Origin: Mytilus californianus
Taxonomy: Eukaryota
Direction: 5' to 3'
Length of the DNA: 64,000 bases
NCBI RefSeq assembly: GCF_021869535.1
Contig: NW_026262701.1
Coordinates: forward strand, 31,558,001-31,622,000
In this document: in pieces, positions 51,629 through 64,000 of the stretch
Layout: the number at the start of each line of letters is the position of its first letter
How positions within the stretch are numbered: position 1 is the first letter of the stretch
The notes under the pieces: generated by a model
The model's database searches: none
Told to the model about the DNA's origin: nothing
What the model saw: the letters and a program-made list of their open reading frames with translations, nothing else
Made by a program: the position numbers and the translations under genes

Positions 51629-52048
51629 AAGTGCTCCACTTGTACCAAATAAGAACGATATTGACATGAAGCAACTAGAGCAAGTTCAGAAAATGCAGAG
51701 ACTTGCAAAACAACAACAAGAACTGATGGAGCTCATAGCGAAAACGGAACAACTTGTTTTGAAGATTGGAAGTAAAGCAGCGTTATCTCAATCCGATATA
51801 ACCGGTGTTACAAGTCAATTAATACAATGGTGTGATGGCTTAGAAACATTGGAAGAAAAGAAAAGAAGACTACAAGAGGAAAAGGAAGAGGAAGAAAGAA
51901 AGACAATGGAAAAAGAAGATGCAGAACGGAAGATAAAAGAAGAGGAAGAACGAAAAAAAGAGAAAGAAGAGCGAGAAGCTGAGGAGAAACGAAGAAAACT
52001 AGACGAAGAAAAGAAAAAGAGAGATTGGAAAACCTGGCCACCTTTCAT
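51629..52048 (+). CDS. Copy 3 exon C (helical segment plus E/K/R-rich tract)
   Basis: Open ORF 51603-52052; homologous to 27616-28469. Confidence 0.85.
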
Positions 52049-52415
52049 GTAATTTTGTCTAATGTGTTTTCTCTTTCTGAAATATTGATATATATACATT
52101 AATGGCTGTTCCTTTGAATACTATCAAATATGCAGTAATTCCGAATATGTTATTTATAATATTACCCGTTGATGAATAAACAGAGATGTGGGATACGTCA
52201 ATGAAAAGGCTGTTCCATCTCACAAAACCCAGATGTCAGTAACATATGGCTTGCAACATTTAACAACTGTATATAACATTTCAAGGTGTAAATAGTCCCG
52301 ATTCAAGAAAAATTGTGAATTACGTAAACACATGCTATCAAAGATTTATGACAGCATGTGTTTATTCTTTGTCTCTGCTACATTTAATGATTAACTCTTT
52401 CGTCCTTTTATCTAG

Positions 52416-52626
52416 TTATTACAATCCAAGACAAAACAAGTTCAGTCAGGATATCTGCTGTGTCATTTATACAATGCCTGATGGAACTCAAGATAGTGAT
52501 TTTAGCTGCCAAGGCTCTGATGCTGGTGAAGATCTAGATAAATGTTTGGAAACCAATGACGAACAAGTTATATTCTCTGTTATCAGAATCAAACCGCAGA
52601 AGGTCAAAAAGACGTTTGAGGTTTAT
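52416..52626 (+). CDS. Copy 3 exon D (ZU5-1 N-terminal part)
   Basis: QDICCVIYTMPDG...VIFSVIRIKP (copy 2 reads LISPVITIQP, a typical ZU5 motif). The donor could be at 52620 or 52626. Confidence 0.75.
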
Positions 52627-53603
52627 GTCAGTTTGTTTTATATATTATGTTATTTGAATGGTGTAATGTTACTTAATTTATTTGTAGATTGAGTGCAAAC
52701 AAATATCTTCCTGCTTTGATAATTCATATTGACCTTCGGGTTATTGATACATTCCCACGATTTGACCATACAATGCTTCCTTTGAGTATAGTTATTTGTA
52801 AAAGTACTGTTCAATATAAAGTATTTCATTTCGATAAGACATGTAATGTTCCTGGTCGTCATTTAGTTTTGATACTTATTTTTTAGTTTGATTTTTTTTT
52901 TAACCTTAAATGTAAGACGTGCTCATATTTATTTGGTCGTCTTTATCTTTATGCTCATATCGCTTTTCTATCTGATTCTGTATTTGAATTATTTTTTTAG
53001 CAATAGTGTTAGTTTTAATGTTTTGAGTTTGGAGATCTAACGGTTTTCTTTTCAAATTAGGTTATTTCATTTGCTTTATTGCAAACCCCTGATTTTACAA
53101 AAGTTTATAAATATTTATATACTGGTTAACTAGCGAATAAACGATATTTTCTACTCTTATGTTGAACAAAAAATGTGTGCCTGTATGTTTGTTTTCACTA
53201 ATTATTAAGTAATTCATGATTAATCTATCATCAACTATACTAGACACTCTTTTACTTGAAATTGTTCCATAACTATAAAATAAAACAGTGATAAAGTTGG
53301 TTTTTTCATCTGTAAGTCCTTTTACGTTAAGCGAGCATATATATTTGTCTTTTATCATTTTGAATATTGTTTTAATTGTCATAAAGTATGTTGTTTACAA
53401 TATTAAGACATTCAAAGTACACCTGAGTAGATTGTGTTATTAATTTAGAATAATGTTAAACCTGATAACTTAGTGAATATGTTATTCAAAGTTGTAGATT
53501 AATTGTGAATACGTTTATTAAAATAACAATGTTGGTAAGCATATGACTTTTAAAACAATTCCGTTTCTGGACGTTACACCGAGATCTTGAGATATCGTTT
53601 CCC

Positions 53604-54532
53604 TTTTTAGCTCATCCGGCCGAAAGTCCAATTGAGTTTTTCTCATCACTTTGAGTCCGTCGTCAGTCGTCGTCGTCTTCCGTTAACTTATTGCAAAAAG
53701 CTTCTCCTCTGAAACTACTGGACCAAGTTTAACCAAACTTGGCAATAAATCATTATTGGGGTATCTAGTTTAAACACAAATGTATCCAATGACCATACCT
53801 ATCAACCAAGATGACCGATATGGCTACAAATACAACATAGGGGTAAAACGTAAGTTTTGTCTATTATCATGAAAACCGCTATAAATATAGAAAATCTGAC
53901 AGGGAACAATGTTGAGAATATTGAGATCTACCTGCTGTCCTTCTTATAGGAGTTATAACTCTTACATGTCAAATTTTATCTTTTTTTTGACAATAATTGT
54001 AAAAACTATAATAGATACAGTGAGAGAAGTTTTGTTTTCAGGAAACATTATTAGCAAATCAAGATCTTCAAATAAGTCAGCATGACTGAAATGGTATGTT
54101 GACTCTTAATTGAAGTTATTGTCCTTTAATGACGATTTTTCTCAATTTCTTTGATTTTAGCTTTTTATTTTGAAAACTATAATATATAGATTGAAACTTT
54201 ATATAGTAAACTTGATCAGCAAGACCAGATCTACAAATAAGCCATCATGGCTGAAATCTTTAGTTGACACATTTTTGGAGTTATTTCCTTTTAAAGATAT
54301 TTTTACCATTTTTCGGAGTTGTTGCCTATTATCTTTAAAAGTGTAATAGATACATAGAAATTTTGAAAAGCAAAAATGGTCAGCAGGACAAGATCTACAA
54401 ATATGACAACATGACTGAAATTTTCAGCTAAATCTTTACAAAGTTATTGCCCTTTCAGTATGATTTTTACCAAACAATGGCTATTATTGAAAATGCAGGT
54501 GAGCGACAAAGATTCTTTAGATTCTCTAGTTT
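53604..54532 (+). mobile_element. HINE-like element (termini related to 11585-13307) with ~165-bp degenerate core
   Basis: TTTTTAGCTCA...TTCTCATCAC, GTCCGTCGTC microsatellite, AGATCTACAAATA repeats, 3' CAGGTGAGCGA...CTCTAGTTT. Confidence 0.8.
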
Positions 54533-55189
54533 GCTGTTACTATTGCAGTCAAAGTCCCGTGGTTAAAAGACTAGTTTTTTAACGTGTTAAATTTAACTTT
54601 GATAATAAGATTTGAGTTGCTAATTGATGTTTAAAGAGATTTGCGTCTTGTACAATATATACGATATACTAAAAATATATACGATATACTAAAACGAATG
54701 AATGACAATAGATCAAGGGTATAAAACATGCGCATATAATGTAAAATTTGTATGATAAAACAGAGAACACCTATTTTATGTTATACAGTCCTTTGGTTTT
54801 TCTGTTGAGCAAGTCTAACTAATTGTATATAGGACACTACATATTATACAAAGAAATAAAGAAACAAATATCCGTACTATGTCGCAAAACTTTTGATATA
54901 TTAACTGAATACATCGTTGTACAAAGAGTGCAACCAGTCCATACATTTAGTGTATTTTAGAAATGCATACACCACAATTTTTGTATATCTGGCTTGAAAA
55001 TGTGCATAAATGTTTAAATTGCATAAAAACGTTACTAAAACTCACAGTAAAGACATGTTTAAAGTAATGCAATCGTTTGAATTTTGAGCGTGAATACACA
55101 TGATCTATATTGCTATATTTAACATGACATGAATTTCATAGAAATATTGTAATTGTGCTGATTTTTAAAGAATTTCTAAAACATTTTAG

Positions 55190-55321
55190 TTACCTATGCG
55201 AGTGTATGTACCAATAGTATCACATGATGAGAGCCTTCAACCAACACTGAAGTTCTCAATTAAAGGTTCGAAATGGAAAACTGGAAACCCACTTCCAGAC
55301 ATACAACTGCCACAAATGCAA
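55190..55321 (+). CDS. Copy 3 exon E (ZU5-1)
   Basis: LPMRVYVPIVSHD...KW; 132 nt. Confidence 0.85.
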
Positions 55322-56504
55322 GTTAGTTAATTTAGCCTTTGATTTTGAGATTTTATCAGAATTTAATCAATGAAATCAAATTAGAAAAAAATCATGTACC
55401 GATCATTCCATTTTACGACTTCAAATAAGCAGAGACTTAGAAATTGATCATTTTATTAACTGTTCCATGAAAAATTCGTAGTATTGTATTTATCGAATTA
55501 TCTTACTGAATATCTTAACATGTAGCATTTATACTAGTGGCCTATCAAAGTGATCAAGTCTTCAATATTAAGAACCTACTTCCATTGGTGTATACAAAAA
55601 ACAAAGCCCAACAATAACAACTTGTTAGCTTTAGTTAGTTTTCTGCATTTATTTTCTGTCGTTCGTCATCAATTTCTTCATCTTTCGGTTGGGCCAAACG
55701 TTTCAGATTTTTCTTCAATTCCTGTTGTATTTATAAAGGGACGTAACACTGATACTAACCGTATATCAAAATAAAACACGCACACTAACCCCATATTAAA
55801 TATACAGGGTCTCCACGTGTTTGCTTTTAACCAATTATATCCTAGAAATGTATAGGAGGAAAGATAAAACTAGTTACAAGGACAATCACAGATGTACCAT
55901 AAATACCTATTTCCCTAAACGACAAAGAAAGTATTAACATAATTATATCTTTTAAAGCAACAAGACAATTTCAAAGCTCCCTGAATTTGGACCAGCACAA
56001 GAAAAAAATTAACGGGATTTGTTTTTGTAATATCTCCAACTTTTCCCTTACTTTCAACTGGGTTCAACTGACTTTTGTACTTTCCTTTTTTCTATCCTTT
56101 ATTAATACCGTTCAGTGGAATACCAAAATATTCAATTTTATTTTCAAATTGAACCAAATAAGCATGAATTGTAAGACAAAGTAGTTGTATTCATGTATTT
56201 CAAAGAAATTATATTAGTATGTGCAAAAGTCTTTCATCAAAAATAAGCAAAGAATTCATTTTGAAAACATATTAGAAAATTTACTTGGTTTTGTATTTAT
56301 ATCCAGGTCCAATATTTTAGGGGAATGAGCATGTATTTCCTACATATTTCTTCGACTAGTATTTTGATATTAAGTACATTCTGCAATACATATTCAGTAA
56401 TGTTTCAATGATTTTAAATTTAAAAAAATAAATTCAAGGTTGGTCATCATTACATATTTCCTCAGATAGAATTTTCTTATACTTTGCCAACATGTAGATT
56501 TTAC

Positions 56505-57840
56505 CTTAAAATTGAGAATGGAAATGGGGAATGTGTCAAAGAGACAACAACCCGACCAAAGAGCAGAAAACAGCCGAAGGCCACCAATGGGTCTTCAACA
56601 CAGCGAGAAAATCCCGCACTCGTTTGCGGGCTTCTCCTGGCCCCTAAACAAAAATGTGTACTAGTTCAATAAAAATGGACGTCACACTAAACTAAAAAAC
56701 ATATAAATGAACTAAAATTAAAAAACATACAAGACCAACAAAGGCCAGAGGCTCCTGACTTGGGACAGGCGCAAAAATGCGGCAGGGTTAAATATGTTTT
56801 GTGAGATCTAAACCCTTCCCTATACCTCTAGCCAATGTAGAATAAACAAACACACATCAATACGCACAGTAAAACTCAGTTTAAAAGAAGTTCGAGTCCG
56901 ATGTCAGAATAAGTAACAAAAGAAACTAAGCAAAATGACAATGATACATAAATTAACAAAGGACTACTAGCAGTTACTGACATGACAGCTCCAGACCTCA
57001 ATCAAACTGATTGACATATTATGTCTTCATGATTTGAATATCAAGCACAATCCCTCCCGTTAGGGATTAAGTATCATACCATCATAACCTATGAGAAGAA
57101 CATAACCCGTATCATGCCAACAACTCGTTTTAGAATAAATGTGTTTATTTCCGATGCAAAGACCCTATGAGTTAATCAATATTAATACCAAAATATGTCA
57201 TCTATAATGACCTGACAACAGTATTGTAACTACTTCTGAATAAGCCTGTTTAAAGGTTTGGTTAGCTTTTGAGGTGAATGTCGACATTTTTGTACTTTGT
57301 ATAGAATATTATCATAAAAATTGGATGTGAAATAACTGAACGTATAAGATATCTGCATGTTGATTTATATTTACGAATGATGTCCTTGTACCGATGATAA
57401 AATTAAGTAAATGTTTTGACTAGTTTGTGATATCGAAAACCCTGGTGTAATAATTTTTCAGTAATACAGAGATTTCTTTCGTTAAAATCAAATACGTTGT
57501 AACATACACGAGCGAATCGAACAAGTTGAAATATATAAACACCATAAGATGGTAACAAGGGAACGTCACCATCTAAAAATGAATAAACAACAATAGGAAA
57601 TGAAAAACCATCTCTTTTATCGTAAATTTTGGTATTAAGCTTCCCGTTAAAGATATAGATATCAAGATTCAGGAAATGACAGTGTTCATTGTTAGTATTA
57701 GCTTTATTTAAAGTCAGTTCAGCAGGATAAATCTCTTTAGTGAACATACTGAAGTCGTCACTATTGAGAGTCAATATATCATCCAAATATCTAAAAGTGT
57801 TATTAAATCTATGTATCAGATGCTGTTTTGATGGGTCTTT
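56505..57840 (-). mobile_element. 5'-truncated Penelope-like retroelement (RT domain end and thumb)
   Basis: ORF 57403-57786: DDIL...FLNLDI...KIYDKRDGFSFPIV...PSYGVYIFQLVRFARVC, followed by the abundant repeat tail. Confidence 0.85.
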
Positions 57841-58807
57841 GCTGATTTAAGTCATAAAATGTAACTCATAAAAATACAGAAACAGATCCGCAATAAAAGG
57901 TACACAGTAAGTCCCCATTGGATTTCCGATAACTTGACGATCTACGGAATCTCCATAGCGAACAAAAATGTTATCTAGTAAAAATTCAAGAGCAGTTGTC
58001 GTATCAAAGCAGGTCCAATTGACATAGTTCTTTTGTTTGTTTTTACTAAAAAAATGACCTAAAAGAGTTTGAACATATATATTCGCATTCTGACTTTTTA
58101 AATACCCATTTAATTAGGTGTGTATTTTTTTTCTTAATAAGATCATGAGGCAAAGTTTTAATCCTAATAAGATTATGAGGCATACTTTTTTTCAAATTTT
58201 ATAATACAAAGTATAGGTCAGTGTTCCATTTTTGAAGGTACAAGTTGTGCAAAATTTGCATAAATTATTCTTAAAAAAAACGTTTTGGTCAGTTTGAAGA
58301 AATCTATAAGATAGAATTTTGAAATAAAATAAAAGAAGATGGGCTTTATGATAAGAAAAACTGTGTCACCACACTTGTTTACCTGCTACAAGTTAAAGTT
58401 GAAATTTTATTAACATTCCTTTGTGATTTATTAATATAATAGTTATCCACCTTATATGGCTAAGTTGAAAAAAATAATGGAAAAAAACATGTATTTGGTA
58501 TGAGTAAAAACAGTTGAAACAATGCAATAAATCGTTTATTTTTCTTTATTTGTATAAACAGTTTTACACGTAAATTGCATTTCTGTCTTACGATTTGTAA
58601 ATTTAAGAAAAGAATTAGACAGATTGTTATTTTACAATCCAAAATGGAGATATAGAGTTAATCTACCTTAATCAATCAAAAAATCAAAGATGTATGCCCT
58701 TAAACGTCTATCTTTATTTAATCGTTATCCGTTTATTCAATAAATGAAATAAATATATCATCAGTATTTTGCAGTAAATAACTTACTTTTTGACATTTTA
58801 AAACTAG

Positions 58808-59002
58808 GATGTTTCCTTCGTTGGAGTAGAAATACCCATTAATGAATTAGAGAACATCCAGTGTGTTGCTGTTGCTCGACATAAACTTCATGAAACTGAA
58901 GTCGACGAAGAAGGAAAAGTTGTTGAACCAGTCGTTGACAGAAATATCAAAGTCAAGTTTCCACAGAGAGCGTTTGCAGGAAAAACTATTGTTGCTACAA
59001 AG
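58808..59002 (+). CDS. Copy 3 exon F
   Basis: DVSFVGVEIP...NIKVKFPQRAF; 195 nt, open. Confidence 0.88.
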
Positions 59003-59921
59003 GTATTGACTGTAAACACTAAATACAACGGGAATGCCAGTGTTTCAAACATAAGATATTGTATACATTTGTTTCTCACCTTTACAAAAGGATATATGAT
59101 GCACTAATACAAGGTATTCAATAATAAAAAGTTTATGAAACAGATGTATAAATGAAAATGACACTTTATTAATTTCGTGCGTTCAAAGAACTTTTGTGGA
59201 TTTATCTTCATCATGTACGCTCAAGCTAAAAAATACGAATGCCAAGAATGTATATGACTTAAACACGTGGAGAGCTATATAACGAAAAGGAACCTTAGGA
59301 AATAGCTGAATTCATTCACGGTCATCTTTGCCTGAGGGAGTTGGAACCTTAGTTTCTTAATATACTCTAAATTTATCAACGGAGAGTTGAAGAAAAATTT
59401 GTTAAAAATCATGTTAGTTCCATAGCACTGACTATTGAGATATTGATACCCTCAGCGACTAAGAATCATTCAGTACAAATGTATGGTTTATGCGTAAAAA
59501 GCGATAAAAATATGACTTGTTCACCTTAAGTGGGATTTCTGGACAATTTTACCGCATAATTTTTTTTATAAGTATATGTTCAATTTCGTTGTGATGTTAT
59601 ACAGACAATAGGAGCGATCTTTGGTAGAAATCCTACTATTCATCACTGCAAAGTAAAAAATGAACCTTCATGATTTTTTTATGTGATACTCTCTTATCTG
59701 GTATATTAACAACTTCGTTTAATATTTCTATATTATTACTTTTTTAAACTCATTAGATAGCACATTTGTTTAAAGAACGAATAAATCTCGTTTGACAACA
59801 TTTTTTTCGGTTGGTTTATATATATTAAGGATCCATATTTTCTGTATTCAAAGTTACGTTTATATCATATAAGTTATCAAACAATGAGTTCGTCCTTAAT
59901 CAAGTTCATATTTTGTTAAAG

Positions 59922-60075
59922 GCAGTACCATGGACTTATAAGGATATCAAAAATGCATCAAAGAAACACAAAGAGCTGCAAAATATTAAAACAGCCGACT
60001 CTTATATAGACATATCGTGTGAAAATTTCACAAAGGAAGATCCAGATTTAGAAATGTTCGACTTTGGATGGGTTG
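59922..60075 (+). CDS. Copy 3 exon G
   Basis: AVPWTYKDIKNASKKH...FDFGWV; 154 nt, open. Confidence 0.88.
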
Positions 60076-60289
60076 GTAAGTGTCGTTGAATATATTTAAA
60101 CGATTGCTTTAGATTAATCCATCATAATCGTCTTCTTCTTCTTCGTCTTCTTCTTTTCGTTTTTTTTCTCCTTCTGGTTTTGTCTCGTATTAAAAATAAT
60201 ACACACACTTTAGGAGATGTGTTATTCAAACATATAAATTTCTACAGTTACAATATAAGAAAATAATCTTTCTTCTATCTATATTTCAG

Positions 60290-60435
60290 TTGATAAAAAA
60301 ATACAAACGAATCATTCTGTTAACCAAGAGACTCTTAAAAGATGTAGCAGATGGGTTGTGAATCATTTAAACCCTGATGAAACTGTTTTACCATTAGATG
60401 ATGTCTTTGATAGTGATTTTGTGGAAGACCTAAAG
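60290..60435 (+). CDS. Copy 3 exon H (CARD, first half)
   Basis: ETLKRCSRWVVNHLNPDETVLPLDDVFDSDF; 146 nt. Confidence 0.88.
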
Positions 60436-61102
60436 GTAAGATTTTCTGAAAAATCTAAAGTATTCAGATTCTCTCAAACAAGAAACTTTCTAACTAGACA
60501 TATTTAAAAGGTTTATAGATTTTTAAAAAATAATATAAGAGGATTTGCTAGACATCATGGCCAGAAAAAAGACAATCAATACTCTTATAATCAATCTGCA
60601 CAAATTTAAGACTCAACCAAAAACCGGGGTTGATCTCAGGTGTTTCAGAGGGGTAAGAAGATCTTGTTTCATCAGGAAAGCTGTTCTTTTATTATATGAA
60701 AAAAAAATTTTTTTGTTAAATTTCGGTGATATATTGCATGCAGAAAGTCTTCAACAATAAATATGTTACCTCATATCAAAGTCAACACGTACATGTACCT
60801 GAATATTATTTTCTGAACAAACAACTCCTGGTAGCGATTTGAAACTTTTATTTGGTTGTCAAAACATTTTTCCCGATTTAATGATTTGTTCGAATGCAAA
60901 TATGATGCATCGTCCTACTGACACCAAGAACCCTTAAATTATGAAAAAAACATTCTGAACTTATTGGATAGGCAAGAGATTCAATTATCAAATATTGTAA
61001 AAAAAAATGCGAACGCTTGCTTTATGATTAAGATATAATATTATTATTTGTTTGGTATTATATCCGTATGTTTATACTTGTTAATGATGTCTTTATTGGC
61101 AG

Positions 61103-61316
61103 ACAAAAGAGACAGAGGGTGACAAGAATCGCTTGATTCTTCGTCATGTGCACGATTCTGATTCAGATAGTGATTTCGATAAATTTTTGGACGGATTAAA
61201 ATCTTCCCAACCAAATGTGGCAAATAGAATACATTCTGTTAAAAACCAAGTCATGCTGTCTAGAAAAACTGAAGACACGGACACTGAGGATAACATTGCC
61301 AGTGACTTTGATCCAG
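61103..61316 (+). CDS. Copy 3 exon I (CARD, second half)
   Basis: TEGDKNRLILRHV...FDKFLDGLKSSQPNVANRI; 214 nt. Confidence 0.88.
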
Positions 61317-61564
61317 GTACTAGGATTTTATAAACGTGTTCTCATTTATTAACAACTCAATGCAGAATAAAAAGTATTTAAATATACTTATAATATGATA
61401 TCAGTGTCATTGTTATTTGGAATACATATTTATTATTTTTGTTTCAAATTTAAACTCATTATTACTTACTGCAATAGTAAACAAACTTTGTTATTTAAAA
61501 GAGGCTGAAGAAAAAGCAAGATAATTTTCAAAACTTAAACATAAGTCGAAGAGATACTGAAAAA

Positions 61565-61900
61565 AGTAAAATCACAAAAATACTGAACTCCGAGGAAAAT
61601 TTAAAACGGAAAGTCCCTTATCAAATGGCAAAATCAAATAATAAAACACATCAAACGAATCGACAACAACTGTTATATTCCTGACTTGGTACAGGCATTT
61701 CCAAATGTAGAAAACGGTGAAACGAACCTGGTTTTATAGCGCTAAATCTCTCACTTGTATGACAGTCGCATCAAATTCCATTATATTTACAACGATGCGT
61801 GAACAAAACAGACATAATAGGTAACATTGTCAAAATATGGGTACAACATTCATAACTGTGTCACAATCTCAAAACAAACAAACTTTTAACAAAGAAGCAC
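61565..61900 (+). repeat. Abundant interspersed repeat (GTAAAATCACAAAAATACTGAACTCCGAGG family)
   Basis: Further copies at about 26899-27000 (+), and 3600-3815, 14990-15260 and 44770-44900 (-). Confidence 0.85.
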
Positions 61901-62829
61901 AAAAAGCATCTATCAAATTTAACAACCACATTAATTGCTTACTTATATATGTATTTTAAATCAACCCATAAAGGATTGAAATACTTAAGGTCCTGCGACT
62001 GCATTCACATCTACTCTTAGTGTAGAGTCGCGTGTTTGACGCCAGAAAATGTAAACGTCACACAGGAAGAAATATAAAATAATTTTGTCGTTCAAAGTAT
62101 TTTCAAAATTATAATTTCACATGGGGAATGGTGGTATACAGGGTTGAAAAATCAAAAGTTTTTGTTAGAACTAATTTCAGAAAAAGCTATGCTATGGCAA
62201 ATAAAAAACAAAAAAAGCGTCCGTATATTTAAACTAATAGAAATGAATGAATTGTCCAATTGACTCAGAATTAAGGGATCAGTAATTTACCGATGTTCAA
62301 ATCCCGTAAATTGATTAAGAAGAAACAAATCAAAGTAACAAACCACAAGTGAAGGAATAGCATGAACTCCAAAAGAAATGAGCTTTGGGGCGTCGACAGG
62401 GTAATCGTCTCCGGATATACAATCATTACCTGCCATGCGAACACCACTTAGTAGAAATGTCACAATTGGGAATAGGACATAGTCGGTAACATTACGGATC
62501 AGAGGACTATACCGGTGTCTGAGGATCAAAGACCGCGAAAATAAGTCGCAGTGAATAGAGACAACGTATCGGTCAACTTATGCGTGATGGTGACCGTAAA
62601 AGCTGAACAGTGTCAGGAATATGACAGTTGTAATCAATTCGTGGTTGATATAGTCTAACGTTTGTTTTTGTCAGATTTTTATGGATTTCCCACTTCTTGA
62701 ATATACTCTGAAGTGCGGTATTTTTGTTTAAAACTTTTTTTACCACCTACTCTGTTGGAGCAGCTTTTATGTAAGAAGCACAACCCATTTAAAGAATGCC
62801 GTAGAAGTTGAAAATATAAACGAGCGTAA

Positions 62830-63045
62830 TGTATTAAATGCGATATGTAAACGAATCATACGATAGAGCAGAGGGTATGATACTGCTGAAATGTTGCATG
62901 TTGATAACTGGAAAGTTGACATCATCACCTTTGTAATAGATTTGCAGTCGACCATCTGTGTCAATATCGAGGAAAAGATCAAGATATGAAGCAGACCTTC
63001 TACTCTCGATAGTAGCTGTAATCTTAAGTTCACTAGGATATATCG
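62830..63045 (-). mobile_element. Decayed Penelope-like RT fragment
   Basis: PSELKIT...SASYLDLFLDIDTDGRLQIY..DDVNFPVIN in an alternative minus-strand frame. Confidence 0.7.
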
Positions 63046-63881
63046 GGTGTAAATAAAGGCAACAGTAGTATACCGCTGTTCAAAAGTCATAAATCGATTG
63101 CGATAAAACAAATCCAGGTTAAACTTGGTTGTATGGCTAGCCAAACCTCCCGCTTGTATGGCAATGTTAAAAAATATCACTAAAATGACATTACTACGTG
63201 ACAGAAACACAGCACAAACACACGCAAAAACACTCATCACGGAGAAACGCACAAATAAATCATATAATAGTCGATACAACATGTAAACCGCAGAATAACA
63301 ACGAACATCTTCCATTCAGGACAGACAGCACAGGACATCACAAACAGTAAGGTATTTTTGTAACGAATATAAACACATATCAGAATGTGGGTATTTAGAA
63401 ACAAGACAACATCATTATATCTGAAAGTGAAATTAAAGAACGTTACAAGATTTTGGTCTTCGAAAAGGTTCTGTACGATCTATGCTTCTTGTCAGTACAA
63501 AAACAAGTCGGTCAGTAGTGGTGCACAGTAAGTAGCAATGGAAATGACGGCTGTCTGCGCTGAACTATCAATCCACCAAACCCAACAAACATGTACATGA
63601 TAATAAAAATAGATCCCGCGTTCTGATGATATCGTCTTCGGTAAATTTGTTATGGGAATCAGTGTTTTTCTTCACAGATTAAGATTTTTCATGACTTAAA
63701 ACAAGAAATTTTTAACAGGATTCCAACTTTTGTAAAAAAAAAACAGTCTATGAACTGACCCGATAAGCAATCTTTTAATTGGATATGGGGATAAGAAGTT
63801 ATAAGCGTAGAAAAATATAAATGATATTGATATTAAAAATGTATTCTATAATGATTATAATTGACAGAATTTTTTCAACAG

Positions 63882-64000
63882 ATTTTGAAAAGAAAGACGG
63901 TACTATTTGTGTAGTTTCAAAGGTGACAGGAAAGAGTAGGGAGGTTGTACCAATAGAGGCATCTGAAGAACATCCATAAGCAAGATTCCTGAAACTTCCG
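63882..64000 (+). pseudogene. Copy 3 exon J with in-frame TAA
   Basis: DFEKKDGTICVVSK...EEHP*ARFLKLP versus DAHPKARFLKLP in copy 1. Confidence 0.88.

Larger units (their letters stand above)
48139..64000 (+). pseudogene. Copy 3: paralogue with complete 5' end and a single nonsense codon in exon 10 (recent pseudogene, null allele or truncated form); 3' end outside window
   Basis: Exons 48139-48409, 50661-50712, 51629-52048, 52416-52626, 55190-55321, 58808-59002, 59922-60075, 60290-60435, 61103-61316, 63882 onward. GT-AG junctions with compatible phases; AAA>TAA at 63977-63979 relative to copy 1. Confidence 0.8.

Overview
This is AT-rich eukaryotic genomic DNA. The repeat landscape is typical of a bivalve, probably Mytilus (inferred from recognised repeat types, not from a search). 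Most of the supplied short ORFs are spurious. The window holds a + strand tandem array of paralogous multi-exon genes of the PIDD1/DTHD1-like ZU5-ZU5-UPA-death-domain class, reconstructed by hand from GT-AG sites, intron phases and cross-copy alignment. The inferred architecture is unusual: N-terminal helical/E-K-R-rich region (no LRR seen), ZU5-1, ZU5-2 with a complete CARD inserted inside it, UPA, then two death domains. Copy 1 (586-9694, 5' end outside the window) is intact over 11 exons. Copy 2 (about 27616-42150) is a multiply disabled pseudogene that spans an assembly gap and may be two fused copies. Copy 3 (48139 to window end) is intact for 9 exons and then has one nonsense codon at 63977-63979. 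Introns and spacers carry four HINE/DINE-1-like elements with satellite cores, Penelope-like RT fragments, MITEs, a tRNA-derived SINE, and a decayed unidentified spliced gene nested in a copy-2 intron.
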